A stretch of 64,000 nucleotides of DNA, taken from contig NC_045697.1 of assembly GCF_009834535.1 (NCBI RefSeq), positions 117,058,001 to 117,122,000 on the forward strand, given 5' to 3'. The notes beneath the pieces were generated by a model. The model worked only from the letters and a program-made list of their open reading frames with translations. It searched no databases and was not told where the DNA came from. The translations under genes were made by a program, and so were the position numbers. This stretch comes from Camelus ferus. Its lineage: Eukaryota. Below, one piece after another: positions 12,657 to 26,239 of this stretch (position 1 is its first letter; each line of letters begins with the position of its first letter).

Positions 12657-13789
12657 ATCTGACAGGCCAGCACATGGAGTTAGGCAACACTGTCTTCCTT
12701 CAAGTTCCTCAAGCTATTCCAGCCCAACTATTATTTTCAATTTTCTAGCTTATTAGCTGACATAAAGAGTAAGTTACAAGCTGAACCCATTCATTAATGT
12801 ATTTGGAACACAAAGGCTACTGAAAAAGAATGTGAATGTGGTACACTTTGGGTTTCAGACATGTGTGATGGAATGGGGTCACCTAACACAACCTGAATTG
12901 AAGGGAGAAACAGGAGGATCAGTGAAAGCTAACTTGAGTAAGTAAGAACTTTGGTGACATGTGTTCTAGTGAGAGACAGGGCCAGGAGGTTCAAGGAGCT
13001 GGAGTCTCAGATTTAATGTGGCACATGCTTAACATGTTCTCAACTCGCCCAACCTCCACACTTCTGCAGGAGGCAGAGTGTGCGCCAAGGAGAACACAGT
13101 GTCCCACGATGTTGAAGGGAGGCGCAGCAAGTGACAGAAGCTTGGGTTTAATTGGGATGCTCTCATCCTGGAGTCTCAGGAAGGAAGTGGTCCCTACTTA
13201 AGACTCTAAATTGACAGGTTACATTGAATTTACATATTTAGTCACCTTTCTCTTGATGAACCTCCCTCCAGATTTGCATTGGCTATATTGAAAACACTCC
13301 CTTCTGGGAACCAACAGAATCCCACACCTTTGTGCTTACAGGAGAGTGAAGCCGAGGACATAGTGATTGCACTTAAGTGTCTCTTGAATACTTGTTCTTA
13401 TTTCTATCTCTACACTTACCTCAAATGGATTTTTTTCAAAAGGCTCCGAACTGATATAATGTCCTTCAGGGTTGTCCATTCCAAACAATTCTTGACTCTG
13501 CTATTGGAGTTCTTTACAACTTGAAAATCTGATTAATTTACTTTTGTACTTTAATTTCTTCAGTGGCCCTCCCAGACTATGAAATGAAACAGAATCTCTT
13601 TCTAAAAGCTGTAAAAATCTGTCTAGTAATAACTCTTGCAATTCTTTCTCATGAATTTCACATAATATATATTTTTTGAATATGAATATATATGTAGGTG
13701 TATATATAATATATATGAATGTATACACACATTATTGTACATACACAGTTATTTTACAAATACATGCTGAGTAGCTGTTGTATTTTTCT

Positions 13790-15075
13790 TTAAAGGAACT
13801 TACATTTCCAAAGGAAAGGATGGATAATAAACAAATCCTTCCCTAAAAAAAAAACACAAATTAATAAAGTAAATAGATAGTGATAAGTTCCAAAGAAAAT
13901 CAAAGAGGGTATGGAATAGAGTGACTAAATGTGGAGAGGGGATAAGGGCTACTTCAGATAGGAAGCTGAGGGGAAGCCATCCAGAGGAAGTGCTAGCTGA
14001 GGTCAGACTTGAAGTGGTCCATTTATAGAAACAGCTGGGGTAAGAGGAAGTCCCAAGGGAGAGGAACCAAAGGTAAACCCCCCAAAAGAGCCAAGGCCAG
14101 AGTAGCTGGAACATAGTTGGGGGTGGGTGGACAGGACTGGTTTAAAGTAAAATTGAGAAAGTCAACAGGACCAGATAGTGTATAATAATCACTATTCTAT
14201 TAGCAAGAAGATCAATAATAACAAGAATAATAATGTACAATGTACCAAACATTATTCCAAACAAAAGTTAGCTCATTTATTTCTAACACTATCTCTATGA
14301 CAAAGGTACTATTATTAATCACTATTTTACAAATTAGGGCACTGAACAAGGAGGAAATGAATGGCTTGTCCAAGATCATACAGAAAAATTTATGACTAGT
14401 AAATGGCAGAATCCATTACAAATGCAAGCAATCTGGCTCTAGAATCCAATCATCATTTCTGTAGTATAAGGAGGAATTTGTCAGATTGAAAAAGTATTTT
14501 AATTGCTTCTAAGTGTGATGAGAAACTAATGCAAAGTATTAAGCAAGGAAGGTAAGATTTATCCTTTAGAAAGATTCCTCTCGTCTCTTTGTGTGTTTGT
14601 TGGAGAAGGAGTACTTGCAAAAAAGAGGTAAAAAATATCAGTTAAAGTACAAATGCAGTCATCTGGCCAAGAGAGGACCGTGATTTGGACAAAGTAGTAG
14701 CAGGTGAGCTAATGAGAATTCAACCAATTCCAATGGATCTTCAGGGTAGAGACAAAAGATTTGTTCATCAATGACAAGTAGAGATTATGGAAAAGGACTA
14801 TCAAGGAAGACTTCATTCTGGCTCACTGAATGTGTAGATGGTGGTTCCATTAGTGTCTGATGGGAGGGAGGAAAATGGGAAGAGTAGAACATTGACGATT
14901 TTTGCTTGGGGAATGTTAAACCTGGCTCGTGTATTAGATATCCAAGTGGAGAGATTCAGGAGACAGTGGAAAATATTTGGTGCTCAGGGTGAAGCTGGGA
15001 ATGAAGATATAAATTTGGGCATTATCACTGTATGGTTAACACATAAAGCAAAATGAGTTCATCACCCTGAAGAAG
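13790..15075 (-). mobile_element. L2 LINE (L2a-like), interrupted by a MIR
   Basis: Purine-rich L2 motifs such as GAGGAAGTGCTAGCTGAGGTCAGACTTGAAG, TTAGATATCCAAGTGGAGA and GATATAAATTTGGGCATTATCA. Confidence 0.75.
14215..14455 (-). mobile_element. MIR SINE nested in L2
   Basis: AGGTACTATTATT...ATTTTACAAATTAGGGCACTGA...CTTGTCCAAGATCATACAG. Confidence 0.75.
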
Positions 15076-15463
15076 AACACGGTTGTCATTATGATTTACT
15101 TGTTACATCCCAAATATTTCTTGATCTCTCATGACTTTAAATCTTTGCAGCCAGCTAGGTAATAATTTTCTCTGAAAAAAAAAATACATCTAATCTTTCA
15201 TATCTCCCCTCAAGCCCTCCATCCCTAGTAAAGCTTTTCCTGATTACTCATGAAGAGTTAGGGACTGATGAAAACATTTATTCTGTCTTTACTTCCATCC
15301 AGCCACCCATCCATACATCCAGTCCATTCAACAGGCTTATGTTAGGTTATGTTAGCTAACCTATGTTGGAGAGTTTGATAAACATGTGGGGATGCCATAA
15401 TAAATACAAAGTACTAAGTCCCTGTCTTTTGGAATTCTGTTATCTGCATACATTTTTTAAAAC

Positions 15464-15710
15464 CATATTTTTCAAACTTTGATCTGAAACATAATGGATT
15501 GTTAAAATAACTTAATAGAGCAGCATGAAGAAAAGTAATAGAAAAAATAAAATAGAACATATCCAAGTATATCTCACATAACAATAAAAATATTGCTTTG
15601 TGAATGATTTTTTTCCCTCTGACATATGTATCTACTAGATTGAAATATAATGTGTATTTTTTTCATTATGGCAAATTTACAACATTCTTTCAAAAGTTTG
15701 AAGGACACTG
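15464..15710. mobile_element. hAT-Charlie-type non-autonomous DNA transposon (subfamily not assigned)
   Basis: Imperfect TIRs CATATTTTTCAAACTTT ... AAAGTTTGAAGGACACTG. Confidence 0.65.
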
Positions 15711-16217
15711 TACTAGACTTGCTTATCTGTCTCACTCTTCATTTGACTCAACTGTGGGGGAAGGATCCAGATCTTTTATGAATCTTTTTACAGTTGAATC
15801 CTTGGAACATAACTCATGTAGATCAGGTAGGCACTAGCATTTGTGGATAAGACAGTGGGAAGGAGAGAAGTGATAGAAAGTGGGGCATCTGAAGGAGGCT
15901 GAACAAATGTATCAGTGAAAGTTGGCTTCTGCAGTCAGGAGTGGGGAGCCAAGCACTGAGGGAAGGTACTGCAGAGTAGCTCCAGAACTAACTGTATCAT
16001 AGCAACCAATTCTACCACAATGTGAACGAGCACCAGGATCTCAAATTAAATGAAAGGCATTTTAATATCCTGTCCTGCGTTGGTTGTTATCAAAGACTGC
16101 ATTTTTGTTTAACATCAACTCCATTTCTGTTTTGAAAAATAAATAAATATTAAATAAGTGTTTCCTTGCTTTGTCTCTAATTAATTGATGTGAAATTATC
16201 CTCTGGGCCCATGTGAT

Positions 16218-16648
16218 TGTAATAGAAAAGAACAGATCTGACTCAATATTAAATCTGTTCCTTTGTCTTTAACCACTGTGCCCTGTTTCCTAGGCTTAGT
16301 TTTGCTAGCTCTGCACTTACATAAAGATAACAAGTTGCAGAATTGAGAATAACATTTGTTTGTTGGATGTTTTGCAGGAGCACCATGAGCTGGCTCACGT
16401 GGACAGCTGCAGGAACAAAGAATTCCTACACCAAGAAGTTTGCAACAACCAACCACACTCTCTCCCCTGTTTTTTTGTATAAAAGGAGCCTGTATTCTGA
16501 CCAGAGGATGGTTCTCCAAGACATTAGTCTGCCATCCTTTTGGTCTGCTGGCTTTCCAAATAAAGTTGCTATTCCTTGCCACAACACCTCATCTCCCGAT
16601 TTATTGGTCAGTTGTGTGGTGAACAGAATGAGTTTGGACTCAGTAACA
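16218..16648 (+). mobile_element. ERV1-class solo LTR (MER41-like)
   Basis: TGTAA...GTAACA termini, perfect TSD TGAT (16214-16217 / 16649-16652), TATAAAA near 16478 and AATAAA near 16559. Confidence 0.9.
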
Positions 16649-18211
16649 TGATCTCTGATTTGTAGCTAACTTCTACTTCCTTGGTAATAATTAATATTCT
16701 TAGGATAAAGAAGTCTACCTGTATATGAAATGCTTGACCTCAGAAAATGGAAAAGAGTTCAAACTCTGGTGACTTTATGACAAGGAGATTTCATTGTGAG
16801 GAAGAAGAGTAAGAACTTTTACCCGGATTTAGTCCCTGTTTTCAATTCTTTCATTAAATCCAAATTTGAAGTAAGAGGCTATAAATATGCATTTTTAAAA
16901 TTTAATCTTCTTCTACATAAAATATTTATTTCCTACGTCCTTTGAACCGGAACAGTATTTGTTCATGTATGCTTAAATTTAAAAGGCCACCTTAATCACA
17001 ATCTGAAGACGCAGAGGTCTATCTGTAGACCACTTAGTTTTGCCTACTGATTATTTTCTCAAGAACCTTTATAGCAAAGTGTACTTATGATTTTCACTGT
17101 TTTTTTTTTTTTAATAATAGCCATGGAGACATTTCTAGCTGTAAGATTTTTGGGCTTCAGTGAACTAGGATATATATGAATTTGGGGATTTAAAGGGATT
17201 CTGAGATCCTCATATAACTATATATCTAATACAGAAGAAAGAGTTCACTAAAATGATTTTAGGATAATTGTCTGTCTAGGTACAGTCTCTGGTCAAGCCA
17301 CTATTCTCTTAGAAAATCGAATACAGTAGTGGTATTGGCTAATCTTTTTTTGTCCTTTCTAAATACCATTTCAGTTTCATTTTGTAGATTTTCTTTTTCA
17401 CCTTTGGACGTATTTTTACGGCACTGTAATCTGAAAGTTACGTCCCTTAAGCTAGGCAATGAGACTCCCTCTAGGGAATATTAAATATGAGAATAAATAG
17501 ACTGAAAAAGATAGATGTTCATCCATTCCAAAGGTTACATGCTAACCAGACGCTTCTTGCTATAAAGCTTTCCCGTAACTTTTGCATTCTTGTCTTGGGG
17601 TGTGGGCCTTGGGTTCTATACATTTCTAAGTCTGATGCTTTAGTTTACTCTGCTGATTCCTGGGCTCCCAAATGTGGTTTCCAGTGGATTTACTGTTGCA
17701 TAAATTAGCCAGAATGATGTCTCCCACTTACAAGAGTCATAACCGTTAAAAAATGTTACTGTATCTTAAGGGTGTAAATCCCTTTGAGATTCAAGGCTTG
17801 ACAGAATGCAGATGGAGTTCCTTAGTGCTAACAGTTGGAGCAGAACCTTCTTCCTTGAGGAGTGCTAGAATTCAAGACGTGGAGAGACTAATATGTAAGC
17901 AGGAAATGCCAGAGAATGCAAGATGATAGTTCAGAGTCATCGTACTAAATGGGCCACAGGTAGATGTCAAAGCCTCGAGGGTGGTGGTGAGAATTTAGGT
18001 CCAAGAAGAGTTGGGGCCAAAAGCATGGGCACGGAGGGGAGGGAAAGGTGACACAGGAATCTAGGAATATAAATTAGAGGTTTTGCTGGGATTGCCTCCT
18101 GTGGTCTATGATCTGAGTGTAGGAGTCAGGAGAGCTTTGTCCATCTTAAAGTATTTGGGAATATAACCAAGAAGGATCCTATTGTCATCAGTGACCATCT
18201 GGTATCTGCAG

Positions 18212-18895
18212 TGGTGTTTGTAACTGCATAACTGCATAATGGCTTGAAGGGTTTTTCTCCTGCTCCTGCTGCCCAGGGTTGGACTGGAGAGGAGGGAGGC
18301 TTGGGTGGTCTGCCCAACCCCCTGTGTGCAGGGGTCATGCTCAGTGCCCTCCTTTTGACCCCAATGCCCTGCTCTTGACTTCAGTGCTCTGCTCTTGACC
18401 CCTTGTGGTTTCCTTGGATCCTGTTGTTTGACCTGCAGCCCTCAGCCTGCAGCGGGAGGTCCCAGGCCTCAGCCTGCTCAAAAGGCTAAAAGCATTTATC
18501 CACCTGACTTTAAACTGTGCAAGTTTTTCTCTAGAGCTCTTTTCCATGGAGCCTGTTCCTATGCACCCTTTGATCCAGGTACAAGAATATTGAGAGAATC
18601 CCGAAGCCAAAGATGAACTTCATATACAGCACAGCGAAGGGGATGAAGGGGACGCTGCATCTGCAAAAACAGGAACAACTTTGCAACAATTTGTTACCCT
18701 GTATGCAATTTCTATGGAAACCAGCTCCACCCTTAAACACTTGAACTTTTACTATAAAACCCAGCAGGCCCAGTCTTAGCCCACTGGGACCTCCTTTGCC
18801 TGCAAAGAAATAAGCTGCCTTTTCTACTTCATCCAAAACTCTGTCCTCCAATCTCCATTTGGTAAGCAAGGTGCAGAGGCCAAGTTTCGGCGACA
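18212..18895 (+). mobile_element. ERV1-class solo LTR (5' boundary uncertain)
   Basis: TATAAAA near 18753, AAATAAG polyA-like signal, U5-like end GCAGAGGCCAAGTTTCGGCGACA; TSD not resolved. Confidence 0.7.
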
Positions 18896-21641
18896 CAGAA
18901 GACAGTATCTGCTGAGAAGTGGAAACCAGATTTCTCTCATTCAGGTTTATCTATAAACCCTCTCCCTGCACCTTTACCCTCACAGCTCTTTGCCTGAGGA
19001 CAGGTGGGTGCACTTCTCTTTCTTATGACGACTCCTTGTCCCCTCTGCCGCAAGGTATATATTTTGCGTTTTCGTGCTCATTTGACTTCATTTTCATTGG
19101 TGCTATGACGCTTTTTTACACCATAACCCCAGTTATCAACGTAAATTTCTGCTACACCTGCAGCATGTCAATCTCTAGCTACAATGTTTTTGGTTTGAAA
19201 AAAGCATTTTTCTTTCAATAGTAGAAAATGTCCTTCACTACTTTGGTAAGGTACATAGGGTGTTGAAAGAGATTGGATGGCATAAGATGTGCTCAGTTTC
19301 AAAGAAACTTCCAATTAACTTTAAGGAATTCCTATTTGGGCTTTTTTTCCCCCTCAGAAGGTGTGTTTGATTTATTTATAAGACTGAGGCAGTGGTAGAC
19401 CCTCTCCATCATGTAAGTGGAATAAAAATTCACAATAAAGTTGAAGGTTATCTTTCTTTAGGTTATCTTTCTTTCTTTAGATAAAGAAGATATCTTTCTT
19501 TATCTAACCTTTACAATAAAGATGGGTCTTTCTGAGAACTTCTTGACAGGTTCATGTTTATAAGTTATTTTATGATATTTTATACTATAAAATACAGAAT
19601 TCTAAAACTTAACAAGTGGCACCAGAAACCATTTCCCTCATACTTAACATGGGGATTTTTCTAAGTTCCTTCTCACACGCACTGGCAGAAAATGAAACAG
19701 AATGTTCGTTACAATAATATATTTCCAGACTCTGTGAGTCTACATGTAATTTAAGTACAAATGCAGATGATTGGCATAAAATCACTTCCTTTGAATACAA
19801 CAGAATCTCTCAAAATCTAGCACTCAATGTAATTGCATGAATGGATTTTTGAATGCCATTCTCTCAAATAAAAGTTATATAAATGAAAATTGGCACAGGA
19901 ATCTTTAGGAAATCCTCTACAATTCCGCAGAGAGCTTTCTGAAGCCTGCATGACATCTTATTTTTGGTAATGCACAGGTACATTTCTGCTACTTGGAGCT
20001 TAGAGAGATTGTATCAGAAGATATCTGCAGAGAGTCAGCGGTTTTGAAAGAGGTTGGAGATGAATTGTGTTTAGAAAGAAAAGCTTGATCGAGATCTTTT
20101 GCACTGCGGTATAGAATTGTTTCAGAAAATATTATCTTTTGTTTGCTAAGCTCTGTCAGACCCAAATCCAAGGAGCACATTGATTTGTTGTCAGTCGGTT
20201 GCATATGCTGGATGGATCTGTTTATACCACTATTGTATGAAACTTATTTCATTGTGGGTGCTTAGGGCAGACAGAGCTAGAAAAGAGGCTCAGATTTACC
20301 AGCCCTACCGTTACCGAGTCATTTCTGTATCCATCTTGAATCTGATTCATAAAGGATAGAAAAAATTATCTCATAAATATGGACACTGACTTGTGATATA
20401 CCCTGAAAATTATTTCCTTTCTTCACTTCCACTATAGATGCTAAACTGTTAGGGTATATTCCTTGATCTGTCTTAGGAGATGAGATGCTAATCATGTTTC
20501 ATTTATTAGCTGCTAATTTTACTTCCTCTTCCTCATTTTGGATAACTGAAAGAACCCAGAATGGAAGCTGACATATGGGAGCCCTGCAGTCCTGGCTGAA
20601 CGTCTGCAACAAGTCATGCAGTGTTTCGCATTTATCAAGTAAATTGCTTATGTAAGTGAGATAATGTTTTATCCTATCTCATTAGGTTGAGTTGAATATT
20701 TATGCTTTTATATTATGAGTTGCACAGTATGTTCTGTCGTACGGGAAACCGTAAGAGCCAGAGGGCGACAAAAAGTGTCTTCTTGGGTTTGAGCTCAGAT
20801 GGAGATACTTGCTGGGAAATCACGATACTTACTTCAGAGGGAAAGAAGTGTTCCAGTGGAGACGGGAAACAAGAAGAGATTCAGTGATGCAACCCTGAGT
20901 TTGCAGAAGGGCATGCGTACTAGGAGGGCAGTGACAGTGCCTTCTTTCATGCCTTCTCCTCTAGAGAGGACAGAGCGTTTCTTTGAACATTTGATTGGAT
21001 GATTAGTCATATGTGCCCACACATGTGCATTCAGCTCAGGAATTGCATTGAGGTATGAATAGCCAAAAAGCTTGCCTGTAAGTGTGTGCTTTTCTCTTAT
21101 TGCACTCACTATGAGCTCCTCCAAGGATCCAGGCTTTTCATCTGGACCTCGATGTCTAAAATTCTCCTTTGTCATGATGTGTCCGGCTCTGGTTGGTTCT
21201 CCTCCTTGCCAACTTGATGTCTCTCATGTTGTGTGCATTTCTAAAACTTTTTTTCTCATCAGAATTTTCCTTTGACTTCCTTTACAGATAACATGAATTC
21301 TGATAGGTAATACACTCAAATGCAAGCCCCAAATGTTTTGCTCATATTGTGTGTTTGAGAGTTTGGGGTCTTCTAAGTGTCCTTTCTACAAAATGGTGAC
21401 ATGATTATCCCAGTTCTTCTGAGCTGTACGCTACGGAATAGCCTTTGTTCTACCTTCTTGCTTATACCCTTGCAAGTATTGAAGATTTCTTTAGTCAAAT
21501 AGGTACTAGATTTGTTATTTTTTTCTCTTGATTTGAAAACTTCTTTCAGATTTACATCCTGTTCACAGAGTGCCTTCCTATGGGCTAGACACTCTTCTAG
21601 GCACTAGAACATAGAGGCGAACAAAATACACACTCTAACTC

Positions 21642-21811
21642 TGTGTATGTGTGTCTGTGTATATGTGTAGGTGTGCATGCATGTGTGTATGTACGTGTTT
21701 GTGTGTATATGTGTGTATATGTGCATGCATGTGTACGTGTGTGCATGTGTGTGTATACATGTATGTCTCTGTGTGTGTGCATGTACGTGTGTGTGTGTGT
21801 GTGTGTGTGTG
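21642..21811. repeat. Degenerate (TG)n/(TGTA)n microsatellite, about 170 bp
   Basis: Mostly alternating purine-pyrimidine tract ending in a pure (GT)n run. Confidence 0.95.
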
Positions 21812-22499
21812 CCTGCAGGGGAAGGGCAGGCAATACTGAGTCAACAAATAAACAGTGATAGCTTCCAAGAGTGGCAAGAGACAAAGAAGAAACCAGGGCA
21901 GTTTCCCGGAGTGTGACTGGGTTGGCAGGAAGCTAATTCAGTGGGGAGAGTCAAGGAGGGCTTGCTGGTGGAGATGTCATCTGAGCCGAGACGTGGCTGA
22001 CACAGTGGAGCTGAGTATGTGAGCATCTGTGGGTGGACCATCCCTCCAGAAGGAAAAGCAAGTGAAGGAACCTTAGAGACGGAGTAAGTCCTTTGTGCTG
22101 AGGAACAGGGAGAAGGCCAGTCTGGGCGGCCTGTAGGGAACAGAAGGCAGCGTGACAAGAAGTGGTTACAGGGCACACAGTTCAGATCACATTTGGTCTT
22201 ATAGGCCCTACCGGATGCCATTTCAGGAGTTTCCCCTGATTCTAGGTAAGGTGGGATTCCACTGGTTGCCTGGAGTCAGGGAGAGACAAGCTCATACTTA
22301 GCACATGCTCTCCTCTGTGAAGACAGGGTACCAATTAGAGAGCTTTAGCCATTGATTCTCTACGCACAAGCAATTAAACCAGCTTTCTGGTTTACCCAGA
22401 ATGTGATTTTTTTGGGGGGGGGGTCAGCATATTAGTGAACCCAGAGAATCACCTGGAGAAACTGGCAGAAATACAACTGGAATCCCAGCCCCTCCCTGG

Positions 22500-22792
22500 C
22501 AGAGCACAGTGTGCTTCCCTCTGAACGCTGGGGGTTCTGCGGTGTCCAGACCCTGGGGGTGGACTCTCCCCCTGGACGTTCTAGTTGCTCACTTCTGTGG
22601 GTCACTGGCTTCAGACACAAGGCTCTGCGTAGTTGTCTCTGGTTTGCTGAGGTTCTACAAGAAGAAAAGCTGGGGAAATGTGTGTCTTGTGATTTCAGCT
22701 TCTTCAGCAGGAAGCACATTCTGCAAGGCACATTCTTTAAGTGTAAAAAAAAGGAGTTCATATGCTGGACAGCTAATCGAGTTATCCACCCA
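22500..22792 (-). mobile_element. Old MaLR-like LTR fragment (MLT1N/O-like)
   Basis: GCTGGGGAAATGTGTGTCTTGTGATTTCAGCTTC...ATGCTGGACAGCTAA resembles the end of old MLT1 elements. Confidence 0.4.
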
Positions 22793-23379
22793 AGAAGCTA
22801 AGGGTTGATCTAAGAGAATGGCCATCTTGGCTTGGACAGCGTGGTCGCAGTTGGGAGAGAAATCGTGAGACTCTAAATTATTTGGAAGTCCAGTTGACAG
22901 GAATTTGTTCTGGCATGGATGCGGGGGTGCAGGGAGGAGGGGGCATCACGTGTAACTCCTAGGCTTGGGCATTGAGAACCCAGGTGGCGAGAATGGGGAG
23001 CCACGCCAGAAGCAGGTACATATTTGATCAGAAAAATCAAGATCCTCGATGGTTATTTAAGGCAACATTAGACATTAAATGGTGATGCTAAGTGTATTTG
23101 CTTTAATGTTATCAATTATCTTTTCACTTAATAACTGGAGCTAGCTCTGCAAAATGGTGTGTGGGATGAAGCAGAAACTCGCCCGCTACGCTTTCCTGGC
23201 CACTGGGGGCTGACTGAGCCTGGCATCCTCATAGCCCTCCTTGCTTTCCATTGCTTCACACACAGGAATAGCCACCCTTATGAGTAAGCCGGCTATCTCA
23301 CTGGTTATCCCACAAGCATCGTGAATTTCTGATTCTGATTTTTTTTTAATTGTTGTTATTTTCTCAACTTAGAAGCATT

Positions 23380-23620
23380 ACAGCAGAATGTTGGAGAGAA
23401 CTTTGCAGCATGGCAGGCCCAGTGTGCTCCTGGGTTGGCCCAGTTATGGCCTGTCTGACCTGGGGATGTAGGAAATGTCTGCAGTTCTCACCTGTGAAAT
23501 GAAGACGTATTCCACAGGGCTAATATCCCACAGCGCCGGGATGGGGACGAAATGAGAGTGTTAATGAAGACTTGACACACAGCGAAGGCACTCAGGAGAC
23601 AATAACTTTAATTATTATTG
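23380..23620 (+). mobile_element. MIR SINE
   Basis: TGACCTGGGG...CAGTTCTCACCTGTGAAATG...GGCACTCAG...ATTATTATT. Confidence 0.65.
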
Positions 23621-24619
23621 TCAGTCCTGCCCTTCCCTCTCCAAATGCAAAAAATTCATCCTGCAAGGAAAAAAAAATAATCCATCCTTCACATGCAGGC
23701 TCGTGAAGATTCTTGCTGGGATCCTCAGCCTAGTCAAGGCTGTCATTGAAAGCATCATCTACAAAGATGTAACGAACAAAGTGTGTTGTGGGTGTCCAAG
23801 GACAGAACACAGAGTCAGCCCTCTGAGGCTGGGGCTGGAGGCTGCATCAACGTGTGTTCCTTTGCAGCTCGGTAGACTGAGGTTGGAAGCGTTCTCCCCT
23901 CTGTCATCTGCACCACTTTCTTAATTTCTCTCTGCTTACTCAATTTCTGTGCTTATGAAAGGCTTCTCTGCTCCCCAGAACTGATGACCGCCCATGCCTC
24001 TGGCTTGTTTTGATTTATTGCCACCCCAGCTCCACATGACTTTGTAGGTCACAGGAATGGTGACCCTTAAATTTATATTTCTTAACCTTAATTTACATTT
24101 TCTAGAGCCAGAATGTTTGGCCTAAACTCCACGATTTCCCCTGGGCTGGCTGTCCAGCTGCAGCCTGCTTGCCGATTGAGGCTGCTTGCAATTAGGCTTC
24201 AACCTTTCTGGGAGTTTGAGGTGGGACCATTTAAGCTAGGAAGGTTTCTAGGCACAGCGAGCAAAGCAATTGGTTGTCAAGAGGTGCTTTATCTATAAGG
24301 AGGAGATGTCCACTCAAACTAACTCAGGAAATAAGAGATTTTAGCGAAAGGATACAGAAGAAATGTACAAGTGCAGGGCGTAAAACACAGCTGGTCACAG
24401 AGGAACTGGGAAACCATCAGGCAAATTGCATCTCTGTCTCAAGCTGATTCTGCACGTCCCTGTTTCCTCTCCGCCGGCTGGTGTATTCACTCATTTGAGA
24501 ATATTAACTGCTCGCTCAGCATAGACAGATATGTCATCCCAGCGTGCAGCTAGGTTTTCTCTGCTTATTTATGGGCTCAGGTTTCCTTAATATTGTCTCT
24601 CAGTGAGTATCTCTCCATT

Positions 24620-25670
24620 GATTAGACATCACAGCAGGGCAGATTCCCAGGCTTAGTTCTCAGCTCTCCTCCTGCCGCCCCCACACCTGTTCCCCTCGGG
24701 GCCTCGCCCAGTCTCACGCCTGTAAATTCCACGTACGTGCTGACAACACCCAGTTGATACCTCCTTTGAACTCAAGACCTATACACCCAGTTGCCTACTT
24801 TATGTCTCGACTTCGACTTCTAATTAGCAAGTCAAACCTAACATGTCTCAATATTACTCCTGATCTCACCTCCTCTTCCAAGCCTGTCTGACCGCAGTCT
24901 CGCCAGTCTCACTCGACAGCAACTTTTTCCTCCACTTTCTCAGGCCAGAACCCTTGATGCTACCTTCCACTATTGCCTTTGTCTCATACATCATGTGTAT
25001 GTATGCTGTCTCCCCTGTAAAACCCACCCAGGGCCCAGCTTTCACTGGTTTCCCTGCTTCACCTCAGGACTCCTCCATAGTCCCAGAGCGATGCTGTAAC
25101 AGATAATTCAGACAGTGGTCCCTCTGCTCAAAATCCTCCTTTGGCGTCTTGTCTCCTGCAAAATGGAAGCAATGTTCTTACAGTCTTCTCATAAGCACTG
25201 CCCCTCTGCCCTTTGCTTCCGACTGTATCTCTTACTGTTTACCCTGGTTTGTTCTTGCTCGCCTCTTGTTTTACTGGCCTCCACTGTCCTTTGACAAGTG
25301 AGACAAAAACCTCACCCCGGGGCATTTGAATTCACTTTTTCTTCTGCCTGAAAGTTTCTTTTCCATGATGGATGTTTACATCCTTCTCCCTTCAAGCTTT
25401 CACTTAAAGGTCACCCTCTCTGCGAGGCCTTCCGTCTTACCCTGCCCTCCCTCGCCCTCTCCCTACTTTATTTCAATCCAAAGCATTGATCAGGGTTTGA
25501 CATACCATGTGTCTTCCTAACTGATGGACTGACTGTCACCCTCCAGGAGAAGGGAAACTCCACAAAGGCAGGCTTCTGACTGATCACTGTGTCCTCAGCA
25601 CCTAGAAGAGTGCCTGGCACTTGTCAGGCACTGGCTAATGTGTGTGGAGTCCACGAATGCATTTGAGTGA
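24620..25670 (+). mobile_element. L2a LINE 3' part
   Basis: AATTCCACGTACGTGCTGACAAC, TCAAACCTAACATGTC, and the end CACTGTGTCCTCAGCACCTAGAAGAGTGCCTGGCAC...GAATG. Confidence 0.85.
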
Positions 25671-26239
25671 AGGAGGAAGTGGACAATTCGTCATATTCTT
25701 GCTTGGATGCTCTATGGGCTGTTCAGGGAAGAGAGATCATCTGTCTTCTGCCTCTGGAATACGTGAGATATTTTGTGTTTTCCTATAACTTCATACCATC
25801 TACCGTATGCATGTGTTGTGCAATATTCTCCCCATGTCAGTAAGGGCACTGGAATTCAGAATGAAAGCAACGTGCCCAAGGTAGAGCTGTGATGTGAGTC
25901 CTGTTGCTGGAATGATGACTTCCAGCTCCGTCTTACACATTACATTTCTGTTTCTCAGTGATAATTAGCACTTCCCTCCTCTTGTTCTTGCAAAAAAAGC
26001 GTTAGGAAAAATACCTATGGGTTTTACTTCCTTTTGCAGTAAACGATGGAAAATGAATATTCTCATAAAAGATAGCAGCCTTTGGAGTAGAGGTTCTCCC
26101 ACTGCTGACTGACGGTCATTCGTGGCCCCTGCCCTCTTCTCTAAATGTTTCTCACGTGCCCCACTCACCTCCTCTCTCCAAAGCCTGCCGCTCTTCCCGG
26201 CTGAGCCATTTCCTGCTTAGAACTCAGTCTATTCTTGGG

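Larger units (their letters stand above)
21565..23095 (-). mobile_element. L2 LINE interrupted by a TG microsatellite and an inserted segment (~22350-22790)
   Basis: L2 3' end (AGACACTCTTCTAGGCACTAGAACATAGAGGCGAACAAAATA) and body motifs (GTCAAGGAGGGCTTGCTGGTGGAGATGTCATCTGAGCCGAGAC). Confidence 0.7.

Noticed and set aside
21597..21916. Several overlapping ORFs rich in H/T or C/V/M
   Set aside because: Translations of the TG microsatellite, not genes
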